A stretch of DNA of 64,000 nt from a candidate division WWE3 bacterium RIFCSPHIGHO2_01_FULL_40_23 (GCA_001772615.1 MEUZ01000001.1:120623-184622); one strand, 5' to 3'. Positions 36,240-45,924 are shown, counted from the stretch's first letter. Program-made: numbers and translations. The notes: generated from the letters alone by a model not told the origin.

Positions 36240-36563
36240 CGGAGGATACAATGGCTAGAAAGATTCTAATTGTCTGTGTAGTACTGGTGTTGGCTGGTTG
36301 GTAACCAGTTTCGCATCGGCCAAGAGGTTTGCGCTACGGAAAGTTTCCTTCGGGAGACTTTCGCTGACCGCGGGACCATCACCGACATCAGGGGAGAGCT
36401 CATTTACCTAGATGGCAACGGCCCTGTCAATTACGGGCACTTTCAATATTGCCGCAGCTAGCGAGGCCACCATTTAAAGGCCCCTTACGCTGATCGGAAG
36501 GCTCGACGGACACCTTGAGGAAACAGTAATGTTTCCGACTGGTGTCCGTTTTTATGTTATTTT
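36240..36563 (+). ncRNA. candidate structured RNA / small-protein locus: strong SD + 17-codon hydrophobic ORF (MARKILIVCVVLVLAGW) followed by a ~270-nt GC-rich structured region ending in an intrinsic terminator
   Basis: ggaggatacaATG at 36251. Multiple hairpins including a cUUCGg tetraloop. Terminator cggacacc...ggtgtccg + TTTTTATGTTATTTT at 36507..36563. Local GC ~52% versus ~37% in flanks. Confidence 0.3.
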
Positions 36564-36583
36564 GATAAACTGGCTTAAAGCTG

Positions 36584-37741
36584 ATGAAAATACCTCAAGT
36601 ACTTAAAAATATAGTGCTGCCCATGATACTGGGTGTTGTTTCAGCTTATTTTCTCGTTACGGCAGTAATAAATTATTATTCCGGAAGTTCTACTTCGGAA
36701 AAACCTGTTCAAAACACAACGCAACTCACTCCTTCTCCAACAATCTCCACCCACTCCGTTTCTTCCCCAACTCCTAAAATAAACCTAATTTCCCCTCCTC
36801 AAAGAAAAATACTGCCAAACGGCTATCATACCTTTCAAACCTTTAATAACTGCGGGCCCGCTTCGTTATCCATGGCTCTTTCATACTTTGGAATAAACGA
36901 AACCCAGACAAAGTTAGGCCAGGATTTAAGACCTTATCAACATCCTAAAGGGGATAATGACGACAAATCCGTAACTTTAGCCGAAATGGCGGAGAAAGCA
37001 AAAGAATACGGGCTTGCACCGTTCCATAGGCCGGGCGGCGATATGGAAAAGATCAAGCTCCTTATTGCCTACGACATCCCGGTTATTACAAGAACGTGGA
37101 CAAAGGTAAATGAGGATATTGGGCATTTTAGAGTAGTTAAAGGATATGATGATTCTAAAAAACAAATCATCCAGGATGACTCTTTGCAAAATAAAAACTT
37201 ATGGTTCACCTATGACGTATTTAACACAATGTGGGAAAAGTTTAACTTTGAATATTTGGTTTTGGTTCCGAAGGATAAAGTTGAGATAGCGGAGGAAATC
37301 TTAGGGGAAGATAAGGATGAACAAAAAGCCTGGAAAAAAGCGGCGCAAAACGCTCAAAGGAAGCTGGAAGCAAACCCCAATGATATTTATTCGCGCTTTA
37401 ATTTATCGGTTGCTTATTATAACTTAGGGCAATATGAAAGATCGGTTGAGGAGTTTGAGAAAGTTGAGGATAGGCTTCCTTTTAGAACTCTTTGGTATCA
37501 GATAGAACCTATTCAAGCTTACTTTGAATTGGGAGATTACAAAAAAGTTTTCTCCGTAACTGACAGAGTTTTAAGTAATGGCAATAGAGCTTTTTCAGAG
37601 CTTTATCTAATCCGAGGAGAAATATATTTAAAACAAAACGATAAAGAAAATGCTAAGAAAGAATTTGAAAAAGCCGTCTTTTACAATGTAAACCTTAAAA
37701 GCGCGCAGGAGGCATTAAGTTCTGTATCAACAGATTTATAA
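36584..37741 (+). CDS. membrane-anchored peptidase C39-like (double-glycine-peptidase-like papain fold) domain protein with C-terminal TPR repeats
   Basis: NNCGPASLSMALSYFG (Cys motif), GHFRVVKGYDD (His motif), then TPR-like repeats (YYNLGQYERSVEEFEKV, LIRGEIYLKQNDKENAKKEFEKA). Confidence 0.6.
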   Translation: MKIPQVLKNIVLPMILGVVSAYFLVTAVINYYSGSSTSEKPVQNTTQLTPSPTISTHSVSSPTPKINLISPPQRKILPNGYHTFQTFNNCGPASLSMALSYFGINETQTKLGQDLRPYQHPKGDNDDKSVTLAEMAEKAKEYGLAPFHRPGGDMEKIKLLIAYDIPVITRTWTKVNEDIGHFRVVKGYDDSKKQIIQDDSLQNKNLWFTYDVFNTMWEKFNFEYLVLVPKDKVEIAEEILGEDKDEQKAWKKAAQNAQRKLEANPNDIYSRFNLSVAYYNLGQYERSVEEFEKVEDRLPFRTLWYQIEPIQAYFELGDYKKVFSVTDRVLSNGNRAFSELYLIRGEIYLKQNDKENAKKEFEKAVFYNVNLKSAQEALSSVSTDL

Positions 37742-37854
37742 GGTACCCAGTTATTTCAAGAAATGATGATCGTAATACATAAAACCCTATAGTCTTTACT
37801 TTGAGTTTGGCATGGGCTATAATTCCCACATCCTAAAAACCACGGAGGAATCAA

Positions 37855-38141
37855 TGAAAACCGTTTTGCTTACAACCGTAGGCGAAATTACGGACGATGA
37901 AGAGAGGCTTTTCTTCAGTCTGTACAACCTGCTGATGGATGCTTGGCAGAGTGGCTCCGTCATCATTGCAACCCCCAACATTCCGTTGGCGGAGCTGAAT
38001 GCCCTGAAAAAGGAGTTGGCAAACTGCGCCAATGCCGAGAGCCTTGATTTGGATGCGATCGTCTTTGCTTCCACCGAAGGCGGCGACCCCAAAGAGACTG
38101 AGCGATGGGAGTTAGGCTGGGATAAAGAAAGTCCCAATTAA
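37855..38141 (+). CDS. hypothetical small protein, GC-enriched (~50%)
   Basis: ggaggaatcaATG start. The antisense ORF 37817..38137 is rejected. Confidence 0.35.
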
Positions 38142-38194
38142 TACAAACGGTTTAATGTTAATGTTTCAGATTTAAAATATCTGATACTACTTAG

Positions 38195-38893
38195 CTATAA
38201 AACCCGTAGTTGTTTTTTACCATAGATTAACCAGTTGTCACAAATCGCCGCACCATTAACATTAAGTACCTGCACGTCAGTAAAATACTCTGAAACCATC
38301 TTTAAAAAAGCCAATCCTACCTCATTGTTATCTTTTGAAACTACAAAGCTAAAAACTACTAAACCTCCGTTTTCGCATAAGTTAAATATTTGTTTTAAAA
38401 AACCGGCCTGTGTTGGAATCTTTGAAAATATGGGCGGTTCATGAGTGTCAACTACAATTACGTCAAATTTACTTCTGATACCAAAAGCATCCGGTTTTGA
38501 TAGCACCTCAAAAGAATCTGCTTCAATAACCTTGTGATTTAGAATTTTTTCGGTATCAAAATATTTTTTTGCCACTTCAATTATCACCGGATCAATCTCA
38601 ACACTTGTTATCTTTATTCCCGGATAAACTTCGCTCATGAAATGCTGGATAGTTGCTCCCCCAAGTCCTAATATCAGAGCAGATCTAACAATTTCTTTAT
38701 TTTCTTTAATCAAGTAAGAAGTGATTTCCCAATAACTGCCGCGAGCCTCCGGGGAGTCGTATTTTAAAGATTGAACACCTCCGCCAAAGATAAACTTGGT
38801 GTTGCCAAAAACTTTTATAACCTTTATATCCCCATTGAAATCCGAATGTGCGCTGAATATAACTCTGTGAATAAAAAGTTCAAGAAAAGACAT
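38195..38893 (-). CDS. spermidine-synthase-like / class I SAM-dependent methyltransferase fold protein
   Basis: LILGLGGATIQHF...VEIDPVIIEVAKKYF...FDVIVVD. Confidence 0.5.
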   Translation of the reverse strand: MSFLELFIHRVIFSAHSDFNGDIKVIKVFGNTKFIFGGGVQSLKYDSPEARGSYWEITSYLIKENKEIVRSALILGLGGATIQHFMSEVYPGIKITSVEIDPVIIEVAKKYFDTEKILNHKVIEADSFEVLSKPDAFGIRSKFDVIVVDTHEPPIFSKIPTQAGFLKQIFNLCENGGLVVFSFVVSKDNNEVGLAFLKMVSEYFTDVQVLNVNGAAICDNWLIYGKKQLRVL

Positions 38894-38915
38894 CCGTGCA
38901 ATAATAGCATTTGAG

Positions 38916-39806
38916 ATGATCCTGGATATTCGTCAATCTAATAAATGGACAGAATACCTGAAAATGTATGGCTGGCGGGAAGCAAGGCTTAAAAACGGCG
39001 CTGTTGTCAGGTTTAAACCTACGTTTGCCGGCCTTACAGCCAAACTTCAAAGACCAAAGAGCCTCATGAATCCAGACCTGGAAGAGTTGGATGAAATGTG
39101 CAAAGAAATGAGGGTTATTATTTTAAAATTTGAACCGGGGCTGGACCAAGACTTAAAGTTAATCAAAAATCATAATTTTATAAAAGTTGGTACGCCCAAT
39201 CTTGCCACCAAAACCATATTTATTGATTTAAGGAAGGACCAAAGCAGTCTTTGGAGTGATCTATCAAGTAACGCGAGAAACCTGGTGAGAAGGGCAAAGA
39301 TAGAAGGGGTAAAAATTACGGAGGAAAAAAACTTAGTAAGCGGGTTAGGAGGTTTTTATAAAATACTTTCCCGGACCGGACGAAAGAAAAAGTTTTATGT
39401 GCAGAGTTTTGAAGAATTAAAAAGAAAATGTGAGGTCTTTAACGAAGATTCACATTTGATGAGTGCTTACAATAGCGAGGGCGATCTTTGTGCATCACAG
39501 CTTTATTTAGGTTTTAATAATAATATTTGGGGCTTTCATGCGGGAATTTCTGAAAAAGGAGAAAAGAATCGCTCGGGATATAAACTTTTGTGGGAGTCAT
39601 ATTTACTGTTTAAACAAAAAGGGTACGAAATTATTGACTTAGAGGGAATTGAAGATGACAGGTACCCAACATTTACAAGAGAATGGAGAAATTTTAGCAA
39701 TTATAAAAAGAAGTTTGGCGGAGAGATAGTTACATTCCCAGAAACTTATACAAAATTCTTCTCTATCCCTTTTAAACTCCTTGCCAAAGCCGGCTTGTCA
39801 ATTTAA
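38916..39806 (+). CDS. FemAB-family (GNAT-fold peptidyl/aminoacyl transferase)-like protein
   Basis: Size and scattered similarity to FemAB/lipid II aminoacyltransferases (NARNLVRRAKIEGVKI..., GFHAGISEKG...SGYKLLWESYLLFKQKGYEIIDLEG). Confidence 0.45.
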   Translation: MILDIRQSNKWTEYLKMYGWREARLKNGAVVRFKPTFAGLTAKLQRPKSLMNPDLEELDEMCKEMRVIILKFEPGLDQDLKLIKNHNFIKVGTPNLATKTIFIDLRKDQSSLWSDLSSNARNLVRRAKIEGVKITEEKNLVSGLGGFYKILSRTGRKKKFYVQSFEELKRKCEVFNEDSHLMSAYNSEGDLCASQLYLGFNNNIWGFHAGISEKGEKNRSGYKLLWESYLLFKQKGYEIIDLEGIEDDRYPTFTREWRNFSNYKKKFGGEIVTFPETYTKFFSIPFKLLAKAGLSI

Positions 39807-39941
39807 CGAGGGCATGTAGGAGCGTTTTTGCGGTTTGATAGTGAGGCCGAAGAAGCGGTAAAAACATTTACGAAGCGGCGCCTCTTTTAAAACCCCCATT
39901 CGCTAGCCATAAATCGTATAAAACAATGATATAATGTAAGT

Positions 39942-40139
39942 ATGTATAACTGGTCAACTGACCTAGAAAAGTTGAAGAATTATCCGGAGCAGTACAAAAT
40001 CTGGAAGTTAGAGCAGCTTATAAATTTCGGACTGGGCGGGGAGAAGCTTAGCAGAAAAAGTGTAGAAGAAAATCTGCACAAACTGCATATAGATCAAAAG
40101 AAAAGGGACTATTTTAAATTCCTGTTAGATATACAATGA
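39942..40139 (+). CDS. small protein translationally coupled to AbiEii (putative minimal AbiEi-like antitoxin)
   Basis: ATGA overlap with the downstream gene. 65 aa. Confidence 0.3.
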   Translation: MYNWSTDLEKLKNYPEQYKIWKLEQLINFGLGGEKLSRKSVEENLHKLHIDQKKRDYFKFLLDIQ

Positions 40140-40798
40140 GTAATTTTAAGATACTCACAGCGAGGCAGCAAAAGTTCCTAGACGCTTTCAGCAAAACGAG
40201 CGACCTCTCAAAAATATTCTATCTATCAGGAGGCACTACACTGGCAGAATACTACATACCTTATAGGTACTCCGAAGACTTGGATTTTTTCTCCGATAAG
40301 GATATTGAAACCGAGCCTTTGATAGTCTTTACCAAATCATTAAAAAATTCTCTGAACTACAATACTTTTGACTTTAACACCAGCTTTAACCGGAATTTGA
40401 TTTTTTTAAACTTTGGTGATGAAGTACTAAAAACAGAATTTACTTATTTTCCTTTTACTCCTATTGAAAACCCAAAATTAGTTAACGGAGTTTTGGTTGA
40501 CAGCGTGCTTGATATCGCGGTAAATAAGCTTTTTACAATATATCAAAAACCCAGAAGCAGAGACTTCATGGATCTTTACATGATAATTAACAAATACCCT
40601 TATTCCCTGGAAAACATAATTTCAAAAGCAAAATCAAAATTTGATTGGAATATTGACCCAATTAAGTTGGGGACACAGTTTCTTTTGGCAAAGGAGTTGA
40701 AAGATTATCCAAAACTCATGGAGCCTATTGACGAAAATAAATGGCAAGCTTTTTTTGAAGAGGCTGCGAAAAACTTGGGTGAGAGGATCTTTGAGTAA
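40136..40798 (+). CDS. AbiEii/DUF1814-type nucleotidyltransferase toxin (abortive infection / type IV TA)
   Basis: LSGGTTLAEYYIPYRYSEDLDFF matches the AbiEii GGTAL...R.SEDiDf signature. Confidence 0.65.
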   Translation: MSNFKILTARQQKFLDAFSKTSDLSKIFYLSGGTTLAEYYIPYRYSEDLDFFSDKDIETEPLIVFTKSLKNSLNYNTFDFNTSFNRNLIFLNFGDEVLKTEFTYFPFTPIENPKLVNGVLVDSVLDIAVNKLFTIYQKPRSRDFMDLYMIINKYPYSLENIISKAKSKFDWNIDPIKLGTQFLLAKELKDYPKLMEPIDENKWQAFFEEAAKNLGERIFE

Positions 40799-40828
40799 CC
40801 GCACCCCTGGCTGATAATCCTTCAAAAA

Positions 40829-41092
40829 CTATTCTGAAAGCTTAAACGAGGAAATAATCTTTTCAAACGTATCAAACCATTCCTGCGCCGCGCCCTTCCC
40901 TTCCCCTTTTTCAAGAGTTGTCCTAAACTCATCCATTTTATCCAAATCCCATACTTTCTCGTCACCGCAGTTTACTGAATCAACTTTAAAAAACTCCGGC
41001 ATAGCGGAAATTATTGATTCCTTAGGACCTGCCAGACTAACAATAACCCGATACTCCCCGGGGTAAAAAGCCACAGAACGCCCAAATCTCAC
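40829..41092 (-). CDS. hypothetical protein
   Basis: ORF only. Confidence 0.3.
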   Translation of the reverse strand: MRFGRSVAFYPGEYRVIVSLAGPKESIISAMPEFFKVDSVNCGDEKVWDLDKMDEFRTTLEKGEGKGAAQEWFDTFEKIISSFKLSE

Positions 41093-41523
41093 ATCACAAA
41101 CTTCAAATGCTGCCAGTGATATTGTAACCTGCCATTTAGCAAACCGATTTTTACTAAATTTTCACCTTCTCCTTTTGCCAAGCGGGCTTTTTCCGCCAAA
41201 GCGGCGGTACGCCCCATATTCATAGGCAGATCTTCAGGAATGCTTAACAACTTTTCGGCAGATACCGCAAGCACCGGTTGTTTTGCGCCTTTCCCATCTC
41301 CGTTTAGAAGAACTGAAGAAGGATATTTAAAAGAAAAACCCGCTTCTTTGTCTTCGTAAGTTTTCCATTCGGGTACGTCTTGCTCGGTATCTGTAACCTT
41401 TGGTGCTGGAGTTTCAGGAGCTTTTGAGGACTTAAATAGAATAAAAACAGCCCCTCCGGCTATAAGTAGGGCCAGAATCACTAATAGCACATAAACAGGG
41501 CTAAATCCGTTGGGCCGTCGCAT
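41089..41523 (-). CDS. hypothetical N-terminally anchored protein
   Basis: TM followed by a soluble domain. Confidence 0.35.
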   Translation of the reverse strand: MRRPNGFSPVYVLLVILALLIAGGAVFILFKSSKAPETPAPKVTDTEQDVPEWKTYEDKEAGFSFKYPSSVLLNGDGKGAKQPVLAVSAEKLLSIPEDLPMNMGRTAALAEKARLAKGEGENLVKIGLLNGRLQYHWQHLKFVM

Positions 41524-41656
41524 AAATTTATTATGGTAGAAAGCGGAGGCAAAGTAAACGCCTTAGGGATCTATACACTATAGGTTAATTAATTGGTTTC
41601 TTCATTTTTTAATTTAAAAAGACTCTCAAAAATGCTAGTACTGTTATAATTGCTTT

Positions 41657-42214
41657 GTGAGTAAAGTAAAAGTTATCGTAACTCTACTTATAACAGGATT
41701 AGGTTTTGCCCTCATACTTTTCTATCTCAACTCTTCAAGAAAGCCGGAAGAACCGCAAGCCGAAGGAACTTATCCAGAAAAAGAAATTGCAAAAGAACCC
41801 ACTCAACAACCTACACAATCCGCTGATTACAAAGCAAGCTTTGCCATCTACACAAACAATACATTCAGAATTTTTACCGCATCCATGTACCACAATCTTT
41901 CGCCGGATGTTTATATTAAAAAAGACAACCCAAACATTGTTCACGTAAAAGAAGCGGGCATTACTTGGGGTGATTTCTTTGACACCCTGCCATTAAAACT
42001 AACTAAAGACTGCTTAACTACAGGTACAGGACAAACTTTCTGCACCGGAGCAAGTGGAGCTTTGGAATTTTACTTAAACGGAATTAAAAATGAAGAGCTT
42101 CTAAATCAGGAAATCAAAACCAACGACAAAGCCTTAATAACTTTCAGGGGTAGTGGCGATGCTGACTTGCAAAAACAGCTTCAAAGTATCCCTGACCCCG
42201 AAACCGCACTCTAA
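41657..42214 (+). CDS. hypothetical N-terminally anchored protein
   Basis: TM followed by a soluble domain. Confidence 0.4.
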   Translation: MSKVKVIVTLLITGLGFALILFYLNSSRKPEEPQAEGTYPEKEIAKEPTQQPTQSADYKASFAIYTNNTFRIFTASMYHNLSPDVYIKKDNPNIVHVKEAGITWGDFFDTLPLKLTKDCLTTGTGQTFCTGASGALEFYLNGIKNEELLNQEIKTNDKALITFRGSGDADLQKQLQSIPDPETAL

Positions 42215-42229
42215 CAAACGTTGAACAGG

Positions 42230-42949
42230 CTACAATCCAAGAAACAGCATGACGCTTGCAAACAAAAGTCCAAACCCTACCACATGCCTAAACTTTCTTT
42301 GCGGAACTTTATCTACGAATCTTTTAGCAAGGTAAGCTCCCATAAACGAAACCAGAATCGCTAAAATTAAATCTCTAATTGAAAAATCCGTAAGCTTAAC
42401 ACCTCCCTGAAAATACCTAATGAGTCTTGAGCTATCTATAAAGAGGGCTATAACTCCTGACGTAAAAATGTAAACCTCTTTAGGAAGTTTAAACGCTTCA
42501 AGAAACGCTCCCCTCACCGCACCTCCAACTCCGAATAATCCCGCAAAAAAGCCCGAGAGGACGCCACCAATAAGGGCGTTAGAATTACTCTCTGCTAATT
42601 TCCACCTTGGTCTAAAAACTATAAACAATGTGTAAACAAACAAAAACACCGCTAAAAGTCTTTTTAAAATATCCGAACTTACGGAAAGAGGTATAAAAGC
42701 TCCTAAGTAACTTGCGAGAACGCCTGGGATACCAAATAAAGCTATCAGCTTCCAGTTGATGCCTTTCTTGAAAAAATACATTTTCCAGACATCACCAAAC
42801 CAATGGATAATACCCACAAATAACAAAACCTCGGGCAAAGGAAACCAGATTGCTAAAACAGGAACCATAATTGTTGAGGTCCCAAAGCCCGTGACAGTCC
42901 CAAAAAATGCTGACAGGAGAGTAAGAAGTAAAATCGGAAGAAGTTCCAT
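42230..42949 (-). CDS. TauE/SafE-family membrane exporter (sulfite exporter-like)
   Basis: ~240 aa, 7-8 TM, Gly-rich motifs (GFGTSTIMVP, FAGLFGVGGAVRGAFL). Confidence 0.65.
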   Translation of the reverse strand: MELLPILLLTLLSAFFGTVTGFGTSTIMVPVLAIWFPLPEVLLFVGIIHWFGDVWKMYFFKKGINWKLIALFGIPGVLASYLGAFIPLSVSSDILKRLLAVFLFVYTLFIVFRPRWKLAESNSNALIGGVLSGFFAGLFGVGGAVRGAFLEAFKLPKEVYIFTSGVIALFIDSSRLIRYFQGGVKLTDFSIRDLILAILVSFMGAYLAKRFVDKVPQRKFRHVVGFGLLFASVMLFLGL

Positions 42950-43213
42950 ACTATTTATACTCTCATAAAACTATTTCTAATATCAAAAGTTGAAAGTGGG
43001 TGGGGAATTGGCGTTTCAGACAGCGCTTGTTGCAATTGAAATCTAGCCCAAACCGAGTCAGCACAAAAACCTCCGAGATCATATCAAGGGGGTTTTCTTT
43101 TCAAACAACCATCGTTTAAAAGGCGTCAAGAACGTATAATTAGTTAAGCGAAACAAATTTTATATTTTCCTCTTTTCTGCTACTATCCTTTCTAATAAAC
43201 AAAGGAGACGGAC

Positions 43214-43618
43214 ATGAACATTCTGAACTGGTCCTTTTGGCACTGGGCCCTCATCTTTTTTGGAGGCCCAACCCTTTTCTTTACTTTTGCGGGGCGGCTC
43301 TTCCCAAAAGTCAAGAATGAGAGCATAAAGACAGCCCTCATAGGAACGGATGTGTTGACTTTGTTTGCTGTATGCCTCACATCTCTGGTGAGCCTTGTGA
43401 TGGCACTGCAGTCACTGGCGGGTTGGGGGTACGGGACGTTCCTTTTGTGCCTAACCGTTCCTGCGGCACTTGCCATCGCCTATGCACTGTGGGATGCCGG
43501 TATGATGTTCCTCCTTACCAAGTCGGGGACCACTATCTACCACCTAAACGCGGATTACACACTGATTAGTGTGGCAAGACCGCCCAAGCACGGGACTCAC
43601 AACAAGCCCATACCTTAA
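43214..43618 (+). CDS. hypothetical 4-TM membrane protein, GC-enriched (~52%)
   Basis: aaggagacggacATG start. Confidence 0.4.
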   Translation: MNILNWSFWHWALIFFGGPTLFFTFAGRLFPKVKNESIKTALIGTDVLTLFAVCLTSLVSLVMALQSLAGWGYGTFLLCLTVPAALAIAYALWDAGMMFLLTKSGTTIYHLNADYTLISVARPPKHGTHNKPIP

Positions 43619-43778
43619 GGAGAAAGAAAGCTCCAAGTAAGATTACCCGCAAGGAGTAACAGCTTCCTAAGCCGTTGGTTAGTCAGCCCGGGATATACTC
43701 TGTGCATTCCCGGGCTTTTTCACTCGCTTTTCATAGACAAGATGATGAGTTGATTGCTGGAATGGAAAGTTTTCCCAC

Positions 43779-44207
43779 TTACGGGAGATTGTGGGGGCTT
43801 AAACAGTCAATGTACTCCCGATCTTTTCTTAAGATGTGGTGTGAAAGCCAGTTCTGCGTAAACTCCGCAACCTCTTGAGCCAATGCATAAATGTCAACAC
43901 TTTCTTCTTTAAGCTGACCCAGATACTGTTTGACTTTATCTCTATAAACGGCGTGGGCAATGGGATGGTCCTCACAACCGGAGCACCTATACTTCTCCAT
44001 ACAATCCTCTTCATAATCAAGGTGGAGTAAAGCGTAATTTCCCAAATCAACAAGGAGGAAAATTAGCGACTCTCTTAATTCGCTGTTACGACGTTTTTCA
44101 ATCATTGTAAGGATTCTGTTTGTTAGGGTGAAAAAATGTTTGTGTTGTTCATCAAGAGAAGGGACTTTTACGCTGTATTTATCATCCCACTTAAAAAGTT
44201 TCGCCAT
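43779..44207 (-). CDS. hemerythrin-like (bacteriohemerythrin) protein
   Basis: KWDDKYSVKVPSLDEQHKHFF...HLDYEEDCMEKY...HPIAH...NWLSHHILRKDREY (HHE cation-binding pattern). Confidence 0.65.
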   Translation of the reverse strand: MAKLFKWDDKYSVKVPSLDEQHKHFFTLTNRILTMIEKRRNSELRESLIFLLVDLGNYALLHLDYEEDCMEKYRCSGCEDHPIAHAVYRDKVKQYLGQLKEESVDIYALAQEVAEFTQNWLSHHILRKDREYIDCLSPHNLP

Positions 44208-44263
44208 TGAAAAATAATATTATCCTATGCGACATGTGTCAACGGGCAGTAAAGTAACAAAGT

Positions 44264-44962
44264 TCAGTTAGAAACCGGTTTTACAGATTCCACAGACTTT
44301 TTGATTACGTCTTCATAACTTGTCCATGAATTAAGCGGCGTTGTTCCGGTCATTACCAGAGCATAATCATCATTTACAAAAAACACGTACTGTATTTGGC
44401 GAAGTAGAAAGCCATCGGCGCGCGCGTTGCTGACTTCAAACACGTACACATCCATATCGTTTATCTTTGTAGAGTAGTCTGTAATAAATTCCATACTTGG
44501 ATATTGCTCCAAAGTTGCATCTTTCCACTTTGCCTGATAATCCGAGAAGGTCTTTACACCGGATGGGTGCTTTCCGGAAACTGCATTAACGTTAGCATAA
44601 AATGTTTGGCCATTATCAAACTTCTCTCCCGTTACGGAAGCCGCTACAAAGTCAACTCTGTTGTCTTCAGCAGTCGCCCAGCCAACAGGTAGATTTATAG
44701 AAAACTCCAGATTTCCACCGGCATCTTTAAATGTTGTAGGACGAGTCGCCAGCTTTACCTCTTGAGTAGGCATTTTAGTCAACGGTTTATCTTCCGCGGG
44801 AGCCTGCGTACTCGGCTGATCCGTTGTAACCGAGGGTTTTGTGCTTGAGACTGTGAAATTAAATTTAAGAGCTCCTGTTGATATTAAAACTAAAGTTAAC
44901 AAAACAACGGCTACTACAACACCTACAAAGATGACAAGTTTTTTATTTTGGAATATTTTCAT
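44264..44962 (-). CDS. hypothetical N-terminally anchored extracellular protein
   Basis: ORF only. Confidence 0.4.
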   Translation of the reverse strand: MKIFQNKKLVIFVGVVVAVVLLTLVLISTGALKFNFTVSSTKPSVTTDQPSTQAPAEDKPLTKMPTQEVKLATRPTTFKDAGGNLEFSINLPVGWATAEDNRVDFVAASVTGEKFDNGQTFYANVNAVSGKHPSGVKTFSDYQAKWKDATLEQYPSMEFITDYSTKINDMDVYVFEVSNARADGFLLRQIQYVFFVNDDYALVMTGTTPLNSWTSYEDVIKKSVESVKPVSN

Positions 44963-45233
44963 TTATGACTTCTGCTTTCTTGCCCCATAAAAAATACGCA
45001 GTTATAGCCAGGGCAGTTAGTACAACTATAACGTATGCGATTAAAGTAAAATTCAGAGTTTGAACTACTGAAACTCCCGCAACCTGCGAGACTTCAGGCG
45101 GAGTCAACCCCATCACAAAAACGCTTGGAATAGCATAGTCCATAGGATTCGCACCTGATGCCAACCCATTAACTACTGCCGCATTTTGAATGCCTGCTTG
45201 CAAACCTGAATTTAACAAAGTGCTTATACCCAT
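44943..45233 (-). CDS. hypothetical small protein with a C-terminal TM helix
   Basis: ORF only. Confidence 0.3.
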   Translation of the reverse strand: MGISTLLNSGLQAGIQNAAVVNGLASGANPMDYAIPSVFVMGLTPPEVSQVAGVSVVQTLNFTLIAYVIVVLTALAITAYFLWGKKAEVINENIPK

Positions 45234-45273
45234 AACAATAATAATACACTAAAACTTTAGCAGTTCATAAACT

Positions 45274-45924
45274 TCACTTCTCATAAACCAAGAAGTGTAT
45301 GTAAAGGCTCCTGCTTCCAAAACTCACTGTTGCGTATTCCACCGTCCCCAGTTCTTGATTTTCCCTGGTAAATACTAAAGGAAAACCGTCGTAACTATAA
45401 TGCGGCCTGCCGCCCTCGGAATCGCTTAAGGGCGAGATTTTCTTCCAACTGCCGTCTATTGCTTTTGTATACAGGGTGTCTGTATTTTCTTCAAATGCAT
45501 TGACATAGTCTATGTGAAAAATGTACTCCACCCCAACAGAGGCGTACGCGTCCTCCGGTTTAAATGTATACCAGATAGCACAAGTCTGACCTTTATACCA
45601 TTTTTCATCAGGAATATATTTATGAAGGTACACATCGGATATTGAGTTACGGGAGCGGGGATGCACGTCCTTAACGGTGAAGGCAAATGGAGCCTCGGGC
45701 AGATTTTTCACTTCTTTAAGACAATAGTTCTCAAGCCAATTAGGATCACTCTTGTCAACTTCTGTCTTGTTAACCTCTTTGACAGGTAGGAGCTTGATCC
45801 CAAAACCTTTAATAAGTTTTTGCCTATAGAGAAAAAGAGTTACAATTATTATTACCGGTATGAGGACAATAAGAATCCTACGCACATAAATAGTATGTGC
45901 ATCCGAACAAAAGCTTGTCAACAT
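45274..45924 (-). CDS. membrane-anchored protein, paralog of 35109..35744
   Basis: See 35109..35744. Confidence 0.55.
   Translation of the reverse strand: MLTSFCSDAHTIYVRRILIVLIPVIIIVTLFLYRQKLIKGFGIKLLPVKEVNKTEVDKSDPNWLENYCLKEVKNLPEAPFAFTVKDVHPRSRNSISDVYLHKYIPDEKWYKGQTCAIWYTFKPEDAYASVGVEYIFHIDYVNAFEENTDTLYTKAIDGSWKKISPLSDSEGGRPHYSYDGFPLVFTRENQELGTVEYATVSFGSRSLYIHFLVYEK

Noticed and set aside
36152-36583. Structured GC-rich intergenic region tested against SRP RNA, tmRNA, RNase P RNA and 6S RNA signatures
   Set aside because: None of the diagnostic motifs was found (no GGAAGCAGCCAAGG-type SRP motif, no tRNA-like 3' end with CCA, no RNase P CR-I/CR-V boxes). It is kept only as an unclassified candidate RNA.
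37817-38137. 106-aa minus-strand ORF overlapping 37855..38141
   Set aside because: The plus-strand frame has a consensus SD (ggagga) and a start. The minus-strand frame is probably a by-product of local GC richness.
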